DNA of 60,161 bases, taken from a virus (Duplodnaviria; Caudoviricetes). The DNA is taken from positions 1 to 60,161 of the IMG/VR virus record IMGVR_UViG_3300049596_000421. One strand, given 5' to 3'. The translations under genes and the position numbers were made by a program. The notes beneath the pieces are model-generated. The model had not been told where the DNA came from and ran no database searches. It was given only the letters and a program-made list of their open reading frames with translations. This document shows positions 40,483 through 51,700 of this stretch, one piece after another (within the stretch, counting starts at the first letter, position 1; every line of letters begins with the position of its first letter).

Positions 40483-40689
40483 ATGATTAGAGAATTAACA
40501 ATAGAAAAAATTCGTAATTCTCCAACATTAAGTGATGAAAAATGGGTTTCCGTTAATCTACCAGATGTATATTCTAAAATACTTAAATTAACAAAACATA
40601 TGAATAGTGATTGTGAGTTTATGGTTCGATTAGAATTTATTAATAAATTACTTTCTGAAAAAAAAATATGTTTATTACATTTTAAATAA
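40483..40689 (+). CDS. Small hypothetical protein
   Basis: 68-aa ORF between the tube gene and its terminator. Confidence 0.5.
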   Translation: MIRELTIEKIRNSPTLSDEKWVSVNLPDVYSKILKLTKHMNSDCEFMVRLEFINKLLSEKKICLLHFK

Positions 40690-40713
40690 AACCCACATTA
40701 CGTGGGTTTTTTT
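40688..40713 (+). terminator. Rho-independent terminator
   Basis: aaaacccac-attac-gtgggtttt stem followed by a T run. Confidence 0.8.
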
Positions 40714-40772
40714 GTTTTTAAACTTTATATAAAAAAAACATATCCTATTATTTATAATAAAAACAAAACTAT

Positions 40773-41528
40773 ATGGAACAAAATTTAATAGATGCTGCAA
40801 CACAAAACTTCAGTTTACCACACGATGTGGTTCAATTACCAACGGGTGGTATTTTTTATAAATCAAAAAAGAAATCGGTTAAAATTGGTTATTTAACAGC
40901 AAATGACGAAAATTATTTAATTGGAGCTAGTCGTAGTAGTGAAAATATTATATTAAAATTATTACGAAATAAAATGTATGAACACGATTTACGTCCTGAA
41001 GAACTTTTAGATGGGGATGTTGAGGCGATTTTAATATTTTTAAGAAATACGTCATTTGGTTCTGATTATAGTATTAACTTAATTGACCCTGGTACAGATA
41101 AACCATTTGTTGGTACTGTTGTATTAGATGAATTAAATATTAAAAAAACTGAATCTAAACCTGATGAAGATGGTACATTTACAACTAAATTACCAAAAAC
41201 AGGAATTACTGTAAAATTAAGACCAACAACCTTCTATGATACTATTGAATTAGATAAACAGGAAGCACAATACCCTATTGGTAGACAAGCACCAAAAATT
41301 ACTTGGAAATTATTAAAACATATTGTTGAGATTGACGGTGATTCAGACAGGTCAAAAATTAGTTTATTTGTCGATTCAATGCCAATTATGGATTCTAAGT
41401 ACATAAGAAGTTTTTTAAGAGAAAATGAACCGTCATTGGACTTAAAAAGAAGTGTAATCGCCCCTTCAGGAGAATTGGTATCTTTCGAGATAACCTTTGG
41501 GGTGGACTTTTTTCGACCTTTCTTCTAA
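40773..41528 (+). CDS. Baseplate hub / tail assembly chaperone (T4 gp26-like)
   Basis: VQLPTGGIFY, LTANDE, LLDGDVEAILIFLRNTSFG and a FGVDFFRPFF end; located between tube and tape measure genes. Confidence 0.75.
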   Translation: MEQNLIDAATQNFSLPHDVVQLPTGGIFYKSKKKSVKIGYLTANDENYLIGASRSSENIILKLLRNKMYEHDLRPEELLDGDVEAILIFLRNTSFGSDYSINLIDPGTDKPFVGTVVLDELNIKKTESKPDEDGTFTTKLPKTGITVKLRPTTFYDTIELDKQEAQYPIGRQAPKITWKLLKHIVEIDGDSDRSKISLFVDSMPIMDSKYIRSFLRENEPSLDLKRSVIAPSGELVSFEITFGVDFFRPFF

Positions 41529-41667
41529 TCATAAACAATTATTAATTGAGGAGTATCTATATTTGGCTCAATCAATACACGTATCATATTCGGATTTTCA
41601 TTCAATGCCGACATATGTTAGAAAATACTTAATAAATCGAGTAATCGAGAATAACACACCAAACTAG
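41497..41667 (+). CDS. Short gp51-like / tail chaperone extension ORF in the +1 frame (TTG start or frameshift product; absent from the ORF track)
   Basis: Reads ...DLSSNHKQLLIEEYLYLAQSIHVSYSDFHSMPTYVRKYLINRVIENNTPN; the SYSDF..MP.Y.R motif is typical of these chaperones. Confidence 0.65.
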   Translation: MGWTFFDLSSNHKQLLIEEYLYLAQSIHVSYSDFHSMPTYVRKYLINRVIENNTPN

Positions 41668-41715
41668 TGATTTAAAAACTATGTTTGGTGTATTTATTTA
41701 TAAACACATTTAATT

Positions 41716-43488
41716 ATGGCAGGAGAAGGAACACCGGTAACACCAGCACCCGGAGACGCGACAAGAGGATTAGGAGAAGCAATTGGTTCTAATTTTAACC
41801 CTGAGGCGATTGCTAAAGTAGTATTGACACTTGATAAGGCGTCAAGCGAAATGCTTAAATCGTTTGGTAGAGGTCAAGAGATGGCGGACATATTACGTAT
41901 TAGTATGTCAAATTCTGTTACTGAAGTTAGAAAATTAGGTGGTGATATTGCCGATGTTCTTGCAACCCAAAAAGCCGCTTCTGAGGCGTTAGGGAGAAAT
42001 GTGATATTATCTGAAAAAACAACTAAAGATTTATACGCCACGATGAAAGTAACTGGTGTTGAAGTTGGTAAAATTGTTACAGGTATGGCGGATGTTGGTA
42101 TTTCGTCAGTTAGAGCGACTAACGAAATGTTAAAAGTTGTTAATATTGCAAGAGAATCGGGGGCAAATGCTCAGGCTGTTTCGGCTAAGGTTATTGATAA
42201 TATGAACGCACTTAACAAATATAATTTTGCTGGTGGTGTTGAAGGGTTGGCTAAAATGGCGGCTCAAGCGACATCATTAAGAATTGATATGTCTCAAACA
42301 TTAGGGTTTGCTGAAAAAGTGTTTAATCCTGAAGGGGCGATTGAGGTTGCCGCTGCGATGCAGAGATTAGGTGTGTCTCAAAGTTCTTTATTAGACCCAT
42401 TAAAATTAATGGATTTATCTCAAAATGACCCCGCTGAATTACAAAATCAAATTGCTCAAATGAGTAAACAATTTGTTCAGTTAGGTAAAGATGGTAATTT
42501 TGAAATTATGCCGGGAGCAAAAAGACAATTGAGAGAAATTTCAACCGCTATGGGTATTCCTTACGACCAACTTACCAAAATGGCGTTAGGTGGTGCGGAT
42601 TTAGATAAGAAGTTAAAAGAAATTACATTCCCAAGTGCAACTGAAGACCAAAAGAAAATGATTGCCAATATGGCTGAAATGGGTGAAGGTGGAACTTATG
42701 AAATCAAAACAGCTGCGGGAGACACAAAAAAAGTTAGTGATTTAACACCTGAAGAAATAAAGGCTCTCGAAAAAATGGCTAACGCCAAACCGGAGTCAAT
42801 GGAAGATTTGGCAAAACAACAATTATCTGCAACTCAATCTATTGCCGCGGCAATTAATAGTTTAGGGGATAGAACAGGTTTAGGTTTGGCTAGTAGTAAA
42901 ACTGCGGGGGGAATATTAAAAGGAACAAGGGCTGTTGCTACGGCAGGTTCTGAAATAATGGGTGAGGGATTATCGGCAAAAAATATTGGAAAAGGGATTG
43001 ATAAAGCGGCGGACACATTAACCGGAGCTGTTGCAGAATATGCCAATACAGGAAAAATATCCGCTAATTTAGGAACAATTATGAGTGATTTTGGTAGTTT
43101 TATTAGTAAAGAAATGAAAGAATCATTTTCAAATGTTAAAGCTCAAGCAGATAAACTAGATAAAGAATTTCCATTATTTGGTGATATTGCTAGAGCGGCA
43201 CAAGTTGCGACTGGAACTGCTCTTCCTAGAAATGCAACATCAAATATACCAACAGGTGGTGTGGGAACAAATAGTATGAATGGTACACAATCATCGACTC
43301 AGAAATCAACGGTTGATGTTAACGTAAATCACACAATTAATATTACAGCACCTGCCGGTATAGATACAAAAACACTTCAGAACGCATTAAACGAACCTGA
43401 TGTTAAACAACAAATAGTTAAAATGTATCAAGATACGGTGTCAGATACTATTGGTAGACCTATCCCTAGTAAAAATGAACCTCGTTAA
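41716..43488 (+). CDS. Tape measure protein
   Basis: Ala/Gly/Met/Lys-rich helical composition; position after the chaperone genes and before the baseplate genes; TATTTATA at 41695-41702. Confidence 0.7.
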   Translation: MAGEGTPVTPAPGDATRGLGEAIGSNFNPEAIAKVVLTLDKASSEMLKSFGRGQEMADILRISMSNSVTEVRKLGGDIADVLATQKAASEALGRNVILSEKTTKDLYATMKVTGVEVGKIVTGMADVGISSVRATNEMLKVVNIARESGANAQAVSAKVIDNMNALNKYNFAGGVEGLAKMAAQATSLRIDMSQTLGFAEKVFNPEGAIEVAAAMQRLGVSQSSLLDPLKLMDLSQNDPAELQNQIAQMSKQFVQLGKDGNFEIMPGAKRQLREISTAMGIPYDQLTKMALGGADLDKKLKEITFPSATEDQKKMIANMAEMGEGGTYEIKTAAGDTKKVSDLTPEEIKALEKMANAKPESMEDLAKQQLSATQSIAAAINSLGDRTGLGLASSKTAGGILKGTRAVATAGSEIMGEGLSAKNIGKGIDKAADTLTGAVAEYANTGKISANLGTIMSDFGSFISKEMKESFSNVKAQADKLDKEFPLFGDIARAAQVATGTALPRNATSNIPTGGVGTNSMNGTQSSTQKSTVDVNVNHTINITAPAGIDTKTLQNALNEPDVKQQIVKMYQDTVSDTIGRPIPSKNEPR

Positions 43489-43528
43489 AAATAGGTTATT
43501 AATCTATTTATTATAAAAGAAAAAAAAT

Positions 43529-46500
43529 ATGCCAAATAGTACATTATCATTTGCTTCATCATCTTCATTTAGAGATATTTTATTGGCTAAAAATTTAGTC
43601 CCATATAGTGTTATTGGAGTATATACTCCTGCAACGGGAAATATTAATACTGAAGTGACTTTAAATAACTTTAATGTAATTGATTCTCCAAATGATTTAA
43701 TTGCTAATGACCCATTTGCTCAATTATTATATCCATTAAACGAATATGGACCTAATGGTGGTTATAACTTAAATATTAATTTTAATGGACCTCTACTTCC
43801 GGTTAACCCAAATCAAGGGGAATACGGACCAAATGATACCGTATTAGATTTAGTAAATGAGTTTTTCATTGATGCGGCGTATATCGATAATTACTATGGA
43901 CCTGTTGGTGGGTTTAATGATATGTATGGGGTTACAACTCAGATATTGGGTCAACCCATACATCAACCTTATTTACCAATAAATTTTGTTGCTTCTTCGT
44001 ATTCTCCTTATGCGATTTTATTATCGACAAATCCAACAGGGAACAATGGTTCATTATCTCAGGATTCTTATTTGGCGAGATTAGGGGCGACATATCTTAA
44101 TCAATTATTTCAAGATAGAATTAATAGACAAATTTTTATTAACACTGTTGGTCAAGTAAATTTAGAATCATTATCCGACCCTTTTGAGGCTAGTTTAATT
44201 ATATCAGGACAAGAACCTTTAGTTTATAGAAATTGGAAGATTACATCACCGGAAGACCCTATTACAGCGGCGGCAGATTTAATTACAAGATTAGGTGGTG
44301 CGTATTGGCCGGTTTCATTAATACCGGGTGATTATTTTAGTGATAATACAAGAAATGGACAAACACAACAAACATCAAATGCTTTAAACGTTGTTAATCA
44401 ATTAACCGGTGGTTTTTTAGGTCCTATTTTAAATATTAAAAGAAATCCTTCTGAAATATTCTTAGCAAATACCGGAAACGGACAAAGGTCTGTTTTATTC
44501 AGAAATCTTAATTATAACCGTTATCAACCAAGTTATGATAAAAATTTTGGAGGATTATTAGGTGTTGGACAAGCAATTGTTAGTTTAATCAATCCTGACA
44601 ATGGAACGTTAGTTGGAGGTTATTATGTTGGTAGTAGAAATTCTGAACCATCAACAATAACTTCTCCACCAAATCAAGTACCTGTTAATGCTTTTGGACA
44701 ACAGGAAGATGTTCCAGTGTATGGACCATCAGAATTAGGTATTTTATATGAAGGTAACCAAGATACTCTTAATTTTGGACTCGCGGCTAAATCATTAAGT
44801 GATGGTGGTGGTATTGATGGTCAATTTGTTTGGACATCACCAAAATACAAACCAAACGCGGGGTTTAAAGCAACACCGGGTGGGGGTTCAGGTTCTGCCG
44901 ACCCTGATTATAATTTAATTAGTAGTAACTATACTCGTGATGAGTCAACTAATTTTACATTTAAGAAAACATCTATTTTAGACCAAACGCAAAGATTGGT
45001 TGATTCTGCGGATAATGTACAAGGGATTACAAGATTAAAACACGTTGGTAACGCAATTAATCAAGTTAGTAAAGTATTTCACGATGGGTATAAGGAAATG
45101 ACAAAAGGTTCTCAAGTTGTTTCATATACTGACCAAACAACAGGTGGTGACGCAGGTATTGAGTATTGTAGAGTTTTTACTAAAGACACGCCATACTACA
45201 CTTATAATGATTTACAAAAAGTTGATGGTATTACAACATCCGGAAGAAAGTTTGCTGGCTCAGTGTTTGATAACACATTCAATTTAAACATTTCACCAAC
45301 AAGAAATCCGGGTTCAACAAATATTATTGCGGATGGACCTAATGGGGTTGGGGGGTATGCTAAAAAATATATGTTCTCAATTGAAAATTTGGCTTGGAGA
45401 ACATCAAGTAAACAAGGTTTTACTTACGATGAATTACCTGTTTGTGAAAAAGGACCAAATGGTGGTAGAGTAATGTGGTTTCCACCGTATGATATAAGAT
45501 TTACAGATACAAGTAACGCTAACTGGACAGAAACTTCTTTCTTAGGTAGACCTGAACCAATATATACATATAAGGATACTCGAAGAACAGGAACGTTAAG
45601 TTGGAAAATTATTGTCGACCATCCTTCTGTTATGAATGTTCTTGTTGAAAAACAATTAAAAGGACAAAATAAGGAAAGAATAAATTCTATTATTGATTCG
45701 TTTTTCGCGGGTTGTGTTAAATATGATATATATGAGTTGGCTAAAAAGTTCAATACGGTTCCAACAAAAGATTTATACACTTATCAACAAATCTTAAACA
45801 ACCCAAATTTGGATACTAATACTGCTAAAGAAGTTATTAGTAGTGTTCAGGGGAATCCGTCTGTTGGTACTGTTACAACAGGTAATGGGCCGGGGAAATT
45901 AAACCCTGAGTTATCTGTTGCTGATTTAGATTCAAAATATAATAATTTTGGGTTTTATTTTGATAATGATATTCCGGGGCCTAATAATAGAACAGCAACA
46001 ACACCTAGTTCAACGTACAAGTCGGATTATGATAATTATACCTATAGTATGAATCAAGACCAATATGTTGCAATATCAAGTAAAACATTTGCACCTCCTA
46101 GTACTAATTTAAATGTTAAAGAATTTTTTGAAAATGTTGTTATTGATAATTTTAATTATATAAATACGGGGTTTGTTGAAGACGCTTTTAAAATATTAAG
46201 TGAGAAGACAGGGACAATTAAAGTATCTTTAAGAGCCGCGGCGTCTGCTCCGGCAAGTAAAACATATAATGTGGCGTTATCAAAAAGAAGAGCTAATTCT
46301 GTTATTGATTATTTAAAAACAACTAAATTAGGTAAATTTATTACTGAAGATAAAACATTAACATTTACTAGTATTGAAACTTTAGGTGAGGATGATACTG
46401 CGATACCAAAAACTTCAAAAGGTTCTTTTGGGGCTGCGGTAACTTGTACCAATGATATTAAAGATAAAAATGGAAAATCAACACACGATTCTCAATGGTA

Positions 46501-48454
46501 TTCTGTGGCGGCAATGGCTTGTAGACGGGTTGTAATTACGGATATAACTGTAACGGCAACACCATCAGACAAACCTGTTGAACCTGTTGAAAAACCTGTT
46601 ATTGTAAATGTGCCAACTGAATCGACAACTCCAAAACCAAAACCAAAACCAACATATAGAACTGAAAAAACAATAAAAGAAGGGATTAGTAAATTAATTT
46701 TGAGAAGATTACTTTCCGAATGTGATTATTTCGATGTTATTAAAAAAGAGGTTCCTATGTTATATGATTCTATTCAGGAAAAAATTAAATATTTTAATCC
46801 TGCGTTTCACTCTATGACACCGGAAGGATTAAACTCTCGTTTAACTTTCTTAAACCAATGCGTTCGTCCTGGTGAATCAATTCCTGTAATTGGGGATAAT
46901 GGACAGATAGTTGCAAATGACGCCTTAAACACCTCCTTTGGAGCACCACCGGTTTTAGTTTTAAGGATTGGTGATTTTTATAATTGTAAGATAATACCTA
47001 AAACGATTGGGTTTACTTATGAACCTTTGGTTTTTGATTTAAATCCGGAAGGTATTGGTATTCAACCAATGATTGCTAATGTTACAATGAATTTTGATAT
47101 TATTGGTGGTATGGGTCTTGAAAAACCTGTTGAAGAATTACAAAACGCTTTATCGTTTAACTACTATGCAAATACTGAAATTTATGATGAAAGAGCTAAG
47201 TGGACTGACGATAGTTGGAAAAAATTAGATAAACAATATTTCCAATCTTTAATTGACGAACAACCAACTGTAACTCAAGTTGATAATCAACAAACAAACT
47301 CTGCGGGAGAAACTATTGGACAAATTCAAACAACTGTTGACGGTGCTAGTGGTCAAACAGGTGATATTACCTATATGAAAATTATGGATAGTTTATTAGA
47401 TGTTAGTAAAGAATATATTGTAAATCTTGTAAACCAATATGAAAGTACGATTAAATCGTATAATGGTGGTATTTGGGAATTAATGTCTAAGGAAAGACAA
47501 TACATTGATGGGGAATTTAATATGGGAACATCAAGTAATTTAGTACCAATCTATGGTAAATCAGTTTATGAACAAAATGTTAATGAATTGTTTTCGGAAT
47601 TACTTAATGATATTTCAGGAGCAACTAATTTTATTATTGTTGGGTTAAATTCTGTTTTTACAGACACTAAAGCGGTTAGAAGTGTGACGACTAATTTAAC
47701 TAATTATATAAATGCTATGAAAGTTGATTTTAGTAATGGTATTGAGGAACTCAGCAATAAAATTGTTGAGCAAGAACAAAATATGGTACAAGTTTTTAGA
47801 AAAATTAATTATGTGACAACATTATCCGATGGTGTATTAATTGATAGTAAGGCAAAAATTTATACTATAACGGCAACTGAAGAAGTTAATAGAGCTGATA
47901 GTAGAGAACAGGCGGATACATTCCAAGAGATGTTATTTGACTATCATTTAGTTGATGATAGAATGAATGATTATAATGAAGTTTTAAGTAGTAGTGATTA
48001 TAATATTATAAGTAATAAGTATACAGAACCCGGTGGATTTACCTCGGCAATATTTTCTGACATAACAGATAAAAGATTTTTTATGGTTATGGCACAAGTG
48101 TTTAATAACCGTAGTAATTTTAACACATTTAAATCGGCAATTATTACTAATGAGTTAGATAATACATATGATGGGTTATCTAAACAATTTAATAAAATTG
48201 TTGATAAATTTAGAGATAATGTGATAAAAGAGTTAGAAAGTGAAGAAAAAAATGTGAAATCTATTAAAAAATCGACATCATATATTACTTGGGTTAAAGA
48301 AAATGTTTATAATAAAGGAAAAACACGTAAGTTTACTTATACTACAGAACCTTCACCAACAAACGATGAGCAAACTAAAAACTTAATATTATTGTATAAA
48401 GGTGAGAATAATGGTGATAAAACAATATGGACGGATAAAACTCAATTTAATTAA
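43529..48454 (+). CDS. Large baseplate / tail-tube-initiator protein with an inserted OmpA-like domain
   Basis: FPPYD..FTD...ANW....FLGRPEPIYTY and GAPPVLVLRIGDF (tube-initiator-like); AAASAP...YNVALSKRRANSV...RRV (OmpA C-terminal-like). Confidence 0.65.
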   Translation: MPNSTLSFASSSSFRDILLAKNLVPYSVIGVYTPATGNINTEVTLNNFNVIDSPNDLIANDPFAQLLYPLNEYGPNGGYNLNINFNGPLLPVNPNQGEYGPNDTVLDLVNEFFIDAAYIDNYYGPVGGFNDMYGVTTQILGQPIHQPYLPINFVASSYSPYAILLSTNPTGNNGSLSQDSYLARLGATYLNQLFQDRINRQIFINTVGQVNLESLSDPFEASLIISGQEPLVYRNWKITSPEDPITAAADLITRLGGAYWPVSLIPGDYFSDNTRNGQTQQTSNALNVVNQLTGGFLGPILNIKRNPSEIFLANTGNGQRSVLFRNLNYNRYQPSYDKNFGGLLGVGQAIVSLINPDNGTLVGGYYVGSRNSEPSTITSPPNQVPVNAFGQQEDVPVYGPSELGILYEGNQDTLNFGLAAKSLSDGGGIDGQFVWTSPKYKPNAGFKATPGGGSGSADPDYNLISSNYTRDESTNFTFKKTSILDQTQRLVDSADNVQGITRLKHVGNAINQVSKVFHDGYKEMTKGSQVVSYTDQTTGGDAGIEYCRVFTKDTPYYTYNDLQKVDGITTSGRKFAGSVFDNTFNLNISPTRNPGSTNIIADGPNGVGGYAKKYMFSIENLAWRTSSKQGFTYDELPVCEKGPNGGRVMWFPPYDIRFTDTSNANWTETSFLGRPEPIYTYKDTRRTGTLSWKIIVDHPSVMNVLVEKQLKGQNKERINSIIDSFFAGCVKYDIYELAKKFNTVPTKDLYTYQQILNNPNLDTNTAKEVISSVQGNPSVGTVTTGNGPGKLNPELSVADLDSKYNNFGFYFDNDIPGPNNRTATTPSSTYKSDYDNYTYSMNQDQYVAISSKTFAPPSTNLNVKEFFENVVIDNFNYINTGFVEDAFKILSEKTGTIKVSLRAAASAPASKTYNVALSKRRANSVIDYLKTTKLGKFITEDKTLTFTSIETLGEDDTAIPKTSKGSFGAAVTCTNDIKDKNGKSTHDSQWYSVAAMACRRVVITDITVTATPSDKPVEPVEKPVIVNVPTESTTPKPKPKPTYRTEKTIKEGISKLILRRLLSECDYFDVIKKEVPMLYDSIQEKIKYFNPAFHSMTPEGLNSRLTFLNQCVRPGESIPVIGDNGQIVANDALNTSFGAPPVLVLRIGDFYNCKIIPKTIGFTYEPLVFDLNPEGIGIQPMIANVTMNFDIIGGMGLEKPVEELQNALSFNYYANTEIYDERAKWTDDSWKKLDKQYFQSLIDEQPTVTQVDNQQTNSAGETIGQIQTTVDGASGQTGDITYMKIMDSLLDVSKEYIVNLVNQYESTIKSYNGGIWELMSKERQYIDGEFNMGTSSNLVPIYGKSVYEQNVNELFSELLNDISGATNFIIVGLNSVFTDTKAVRSVTTNLTNYINAMKVDFSNGIEELSNKIVEQEQNMVQVFRKINYVTTLSDGVLIDSKAKIYTITATEEVNRADSREQADTFQEMLFDYHLVDDRMNDYNEVLSSSDYNIISNKYTEPGGFTSAIFSDITDKRFFMVMAQVFNNRSNFNTFKSAIITNELDNTYDGLSKQFNKIVDKFRDNVIKELESEEKNVKSIKKSTSYITWVKENVYNKGKTRKFTYTTEPSPTNDEQTKNLILLYKGENNGDKTIWTDKTQFN

Positions 48455-48456
48455 AA

Positions 48457-48783
48457 ATGAATAATAAACAAAATTATAATAGATATAATGAATTTTTATT
48501 AAATGGTGAACAAAGTATTGTGCCATATATCTCCATTTCAAGTAAATCGTCCGATAAAAGATTAATTTATAAAATTGGGCAATCTAGATTAGATAAGATA
48601 TCTCAGCAATATTATGGTACACCTACATTTGGTTGGTTAATACTTGCGGCAAATCCAATTTTTGGAGGTCAAGAATGGAACATCCCAGATGCTGCTATAT
48701 TGACAATCCCATTTCCTTTAGTATCATCATTACAAGAATATAAATCACAATTAGACAATCATTTCTATTATTATGGTAGGTAA
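48457..48783 (+). CDS. Baseplate wedge protein, LysM-like (gp53/gpX-like)
   Basis: RLDKISQQYYGTPTFGWLILAANP...LTIP. Confidence 0.75.
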   Translation: MNNKQNYNRYNEFLLNGEQSIVPYISISSKSSDKRLIYKIGQSRLDKISQQYYGTPTFGWLILAANPIFGGQEWNIPDAAILTIPFPLVSSLQEYKSQLDNHFYYYGR

Positions 48784-51700
48784 ACCCGAAAATATATTGG
48801 TCGAATTCGACTACAACAATATTACAATTATTGACCCAAACAAAGTTGTTGATAGTGATAATAAAGTGATGGATAGATTTGTTAAGCAAGAAGATTTAGT
48901 TATGTATGCCAATCTTGAATGTAGTGTTTTACCGAGAACTAAATTGGCTCTTGGTACTGCAAACAACGATTCTATTAGAACAGTCTCAATTGCTAAAATT
49001 AATTTTTTAAAACCTGGTGATAAGGCTTATTTGGATAATTCATATACTGATGAATTAACCGGTAAGGGGGCTATTAAAGGAGAAGGAGTTAATCAACCAA
49101 CATTTAACGGGGTTGTTAATCCAAACAATAGTGATGATTTTTATATTAAACAAACCATTAGTTCTAATGGTAAACCAGGGGCAACCGATAATGGTTTACT
49201 TGGAATCACATCGATTAATATTAGACAAGGGTTAGATTTCTTACCAACATTTGATATTAGATTAATTGATGTCAAAGGTCGAGCCTTATTTGAAGCGGGG
49301 GATAATTCACCATACGCAGCCTTTTTTAATTTACCGTATCCATTGTTTCATTTAACTATTAAAGGTTTTTTTGGTAAAGCTGTTAGGTTGGGATTAATGT
49401 TACAAAATTTTACAACAACATATGATGCAAATACGTCTAACTTTACTATTGATTTAAAGTTTTACACATACAAATATACAGTATTAAGTGATGTAACTAT
49501 GGGAGCTCTTTTAGCAACTCCACATATGTACCAATCAAGGTTTAATATAAGTAAAACTAGTGGAGGTCCAAGTACAACAACTAAAACTGAAAATGTTGTT
49601 GTTGAGAGAGGTTATCAGAAAATTAGGGAAATGTATAGTGAGTATAAATCAAAAGGGTTAATACCTAATGATTTTCCTGAAATTACTTTAATGCAAATGA
49701 AGGATAGAATTGAAAATTTTATTAAAAATATTCTTGATTCATTTACTAAACAAAATTTAGACCCACTTACTAATTTAGATACCTACGGAATTCATTTAAC
49801 AGATTATCAAAAAGAAGTTTTTTATAATGTAAAAACTTCGTGGTTAAATGAATTTATGGATACTGAGAATTATTATATTTTAAAAAAAACCGGAACAAAA
49901 GTTTACACTTTTAAGAAAAATTTAGATGGACAAAAGAAAATTGATGCAGTTTCAAAATTAAAAGGTTTAATTGAAAAATATAATAAATTATTAAATGAAA
50001 ATGTAACCTGTGGTTCAAAAGGTAGTTACACTATTAATGGTAAAAAAACACAATGTGTTATACCAAATAATATTGAATACAAAATTTTCCCAAAAAATTT
50101 TAATGCCAACGATATTAATTTAGAGGAGACATATAAGTTACAACGAAAAAACAGTCAACCAACACCACAAGATTTAACAAATTTCCAAGCTGATTTAGTA
50201 AATTCAAACACATTTAATAATGTTGAAATAACTCTTAAAAACGGAAGTAAAGAAGTTGTTTCCCAATATTTTGTGTTTGAAGGGGTAAACTCTTTTATTG
50301 ATTTTACGGATAAAATGGGTAAAGATTTAAAAACTAAAAGAGGGTTAATTGAGGATGAGTTAACCAAAGCTCTTTCTGAGTTATTAGAAAATAAAGATAA
50401 TGGTATTGGGTTTGTCCCAACAATTAGAAACGTATTGGCGGTTGTGTTTGCTAATGGTGAGGCTTTCCTACGTTTATTAGACGATGTTCACACAAAGGCT
50501 TGGGAACAAAGAGATTCTAAAATAAGAAAAGGTGTTATTTTTGATAAACAAATCGCTAACGCTAGTGCGGATAATAAAAGTTCGGGGGATGATAAAAATC
50601 AACCGGTTTATCCTTGGCCTCAAGTAATTAAAGAAACAACAGGGGAAAAAGGACAGGAAAAATATGAATTAAGATATCCTGGTGATAGTGATATTATTGG
50701 AGAAACTAAAGGTTATTTATATGATGTGTGGCCGGAAATAGAATTTGTTGAAGAATTTATTAGTGGTTTGACACAAAAAACACCACCACCACCCCCACCA
50801 ACAAAAACTTCAAACTCGACAAAAGAACCAAATAGGGTTTCGTTAGGGGCTATTGAATTCCCAATTAGTAATGAGGTTTATGAGAATAAAGTGGTTAGTA
50901 AGTACCTATATGAGATATACGAAAGAACATTATTAACTTCTCATTATTCTAAATTAGATAGAACTAACAATTTAACATCTGAGGCTGATAAAGTTTCAAA
51001 TGTGGTTAGTGAAGGGGAAAAAATTAACATAACTCAGAGTTTGTCAGATAACAGTGATGTAGAATTAATAAAAAATTTAAAAGAATATAATCTTAATTCA
51101 TCCAATTTTGAAAGTGTGTTAAAACATATCTCAAATGAAGGGGTAGCACTTAGCTGGCAGAATTATATACGAGGAATTTTCAACACAGGGTACATTAAAA
51201 ATACTGTAGAAAACGCTTCATTTGAGTTTATTACTAATGATGTGATAAACGATTCAAAGGCTCAACCCTTAGTTTCATTAACTAATGAAAAAGATATTTC
51301 GGATTATATTTCAACATCAACAACCTCTAATAAATATGATTTTGCGGATACCTATCCATTTACAGATAAAGATTGGGTAAAAGGTAATTTGGCGGATGGA
51401 GTGTCTACAGATGAAAAATTGGCGTTTAATACGACAAAAACATTAATATATAACCCTAATAAAAAAGTAGTTTCAAATTTTAGTGATACTCAATCAGAAG
51501 ATGTTAAAAAACCAATAACTAATTTTGTTTATAAAAATATTGTAATGCCAACAATATTTGATAATGATTTAAGAAATTTCTATAGTGATAGAACATATAC
51601 AAATCAATTACCGACTGAAGGGGACGTAAAATATTTAAATTATTCGGGGCTTGTTAGCAGTTATCAAACAACATCAATTTTTAATACACCGTATTTTATA

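Noticed and set aside
40483-40689. Small ORF as a homing-endonuclease remnant
   Set aside because: No catalytic motif is visible, so the call cannot be supported.
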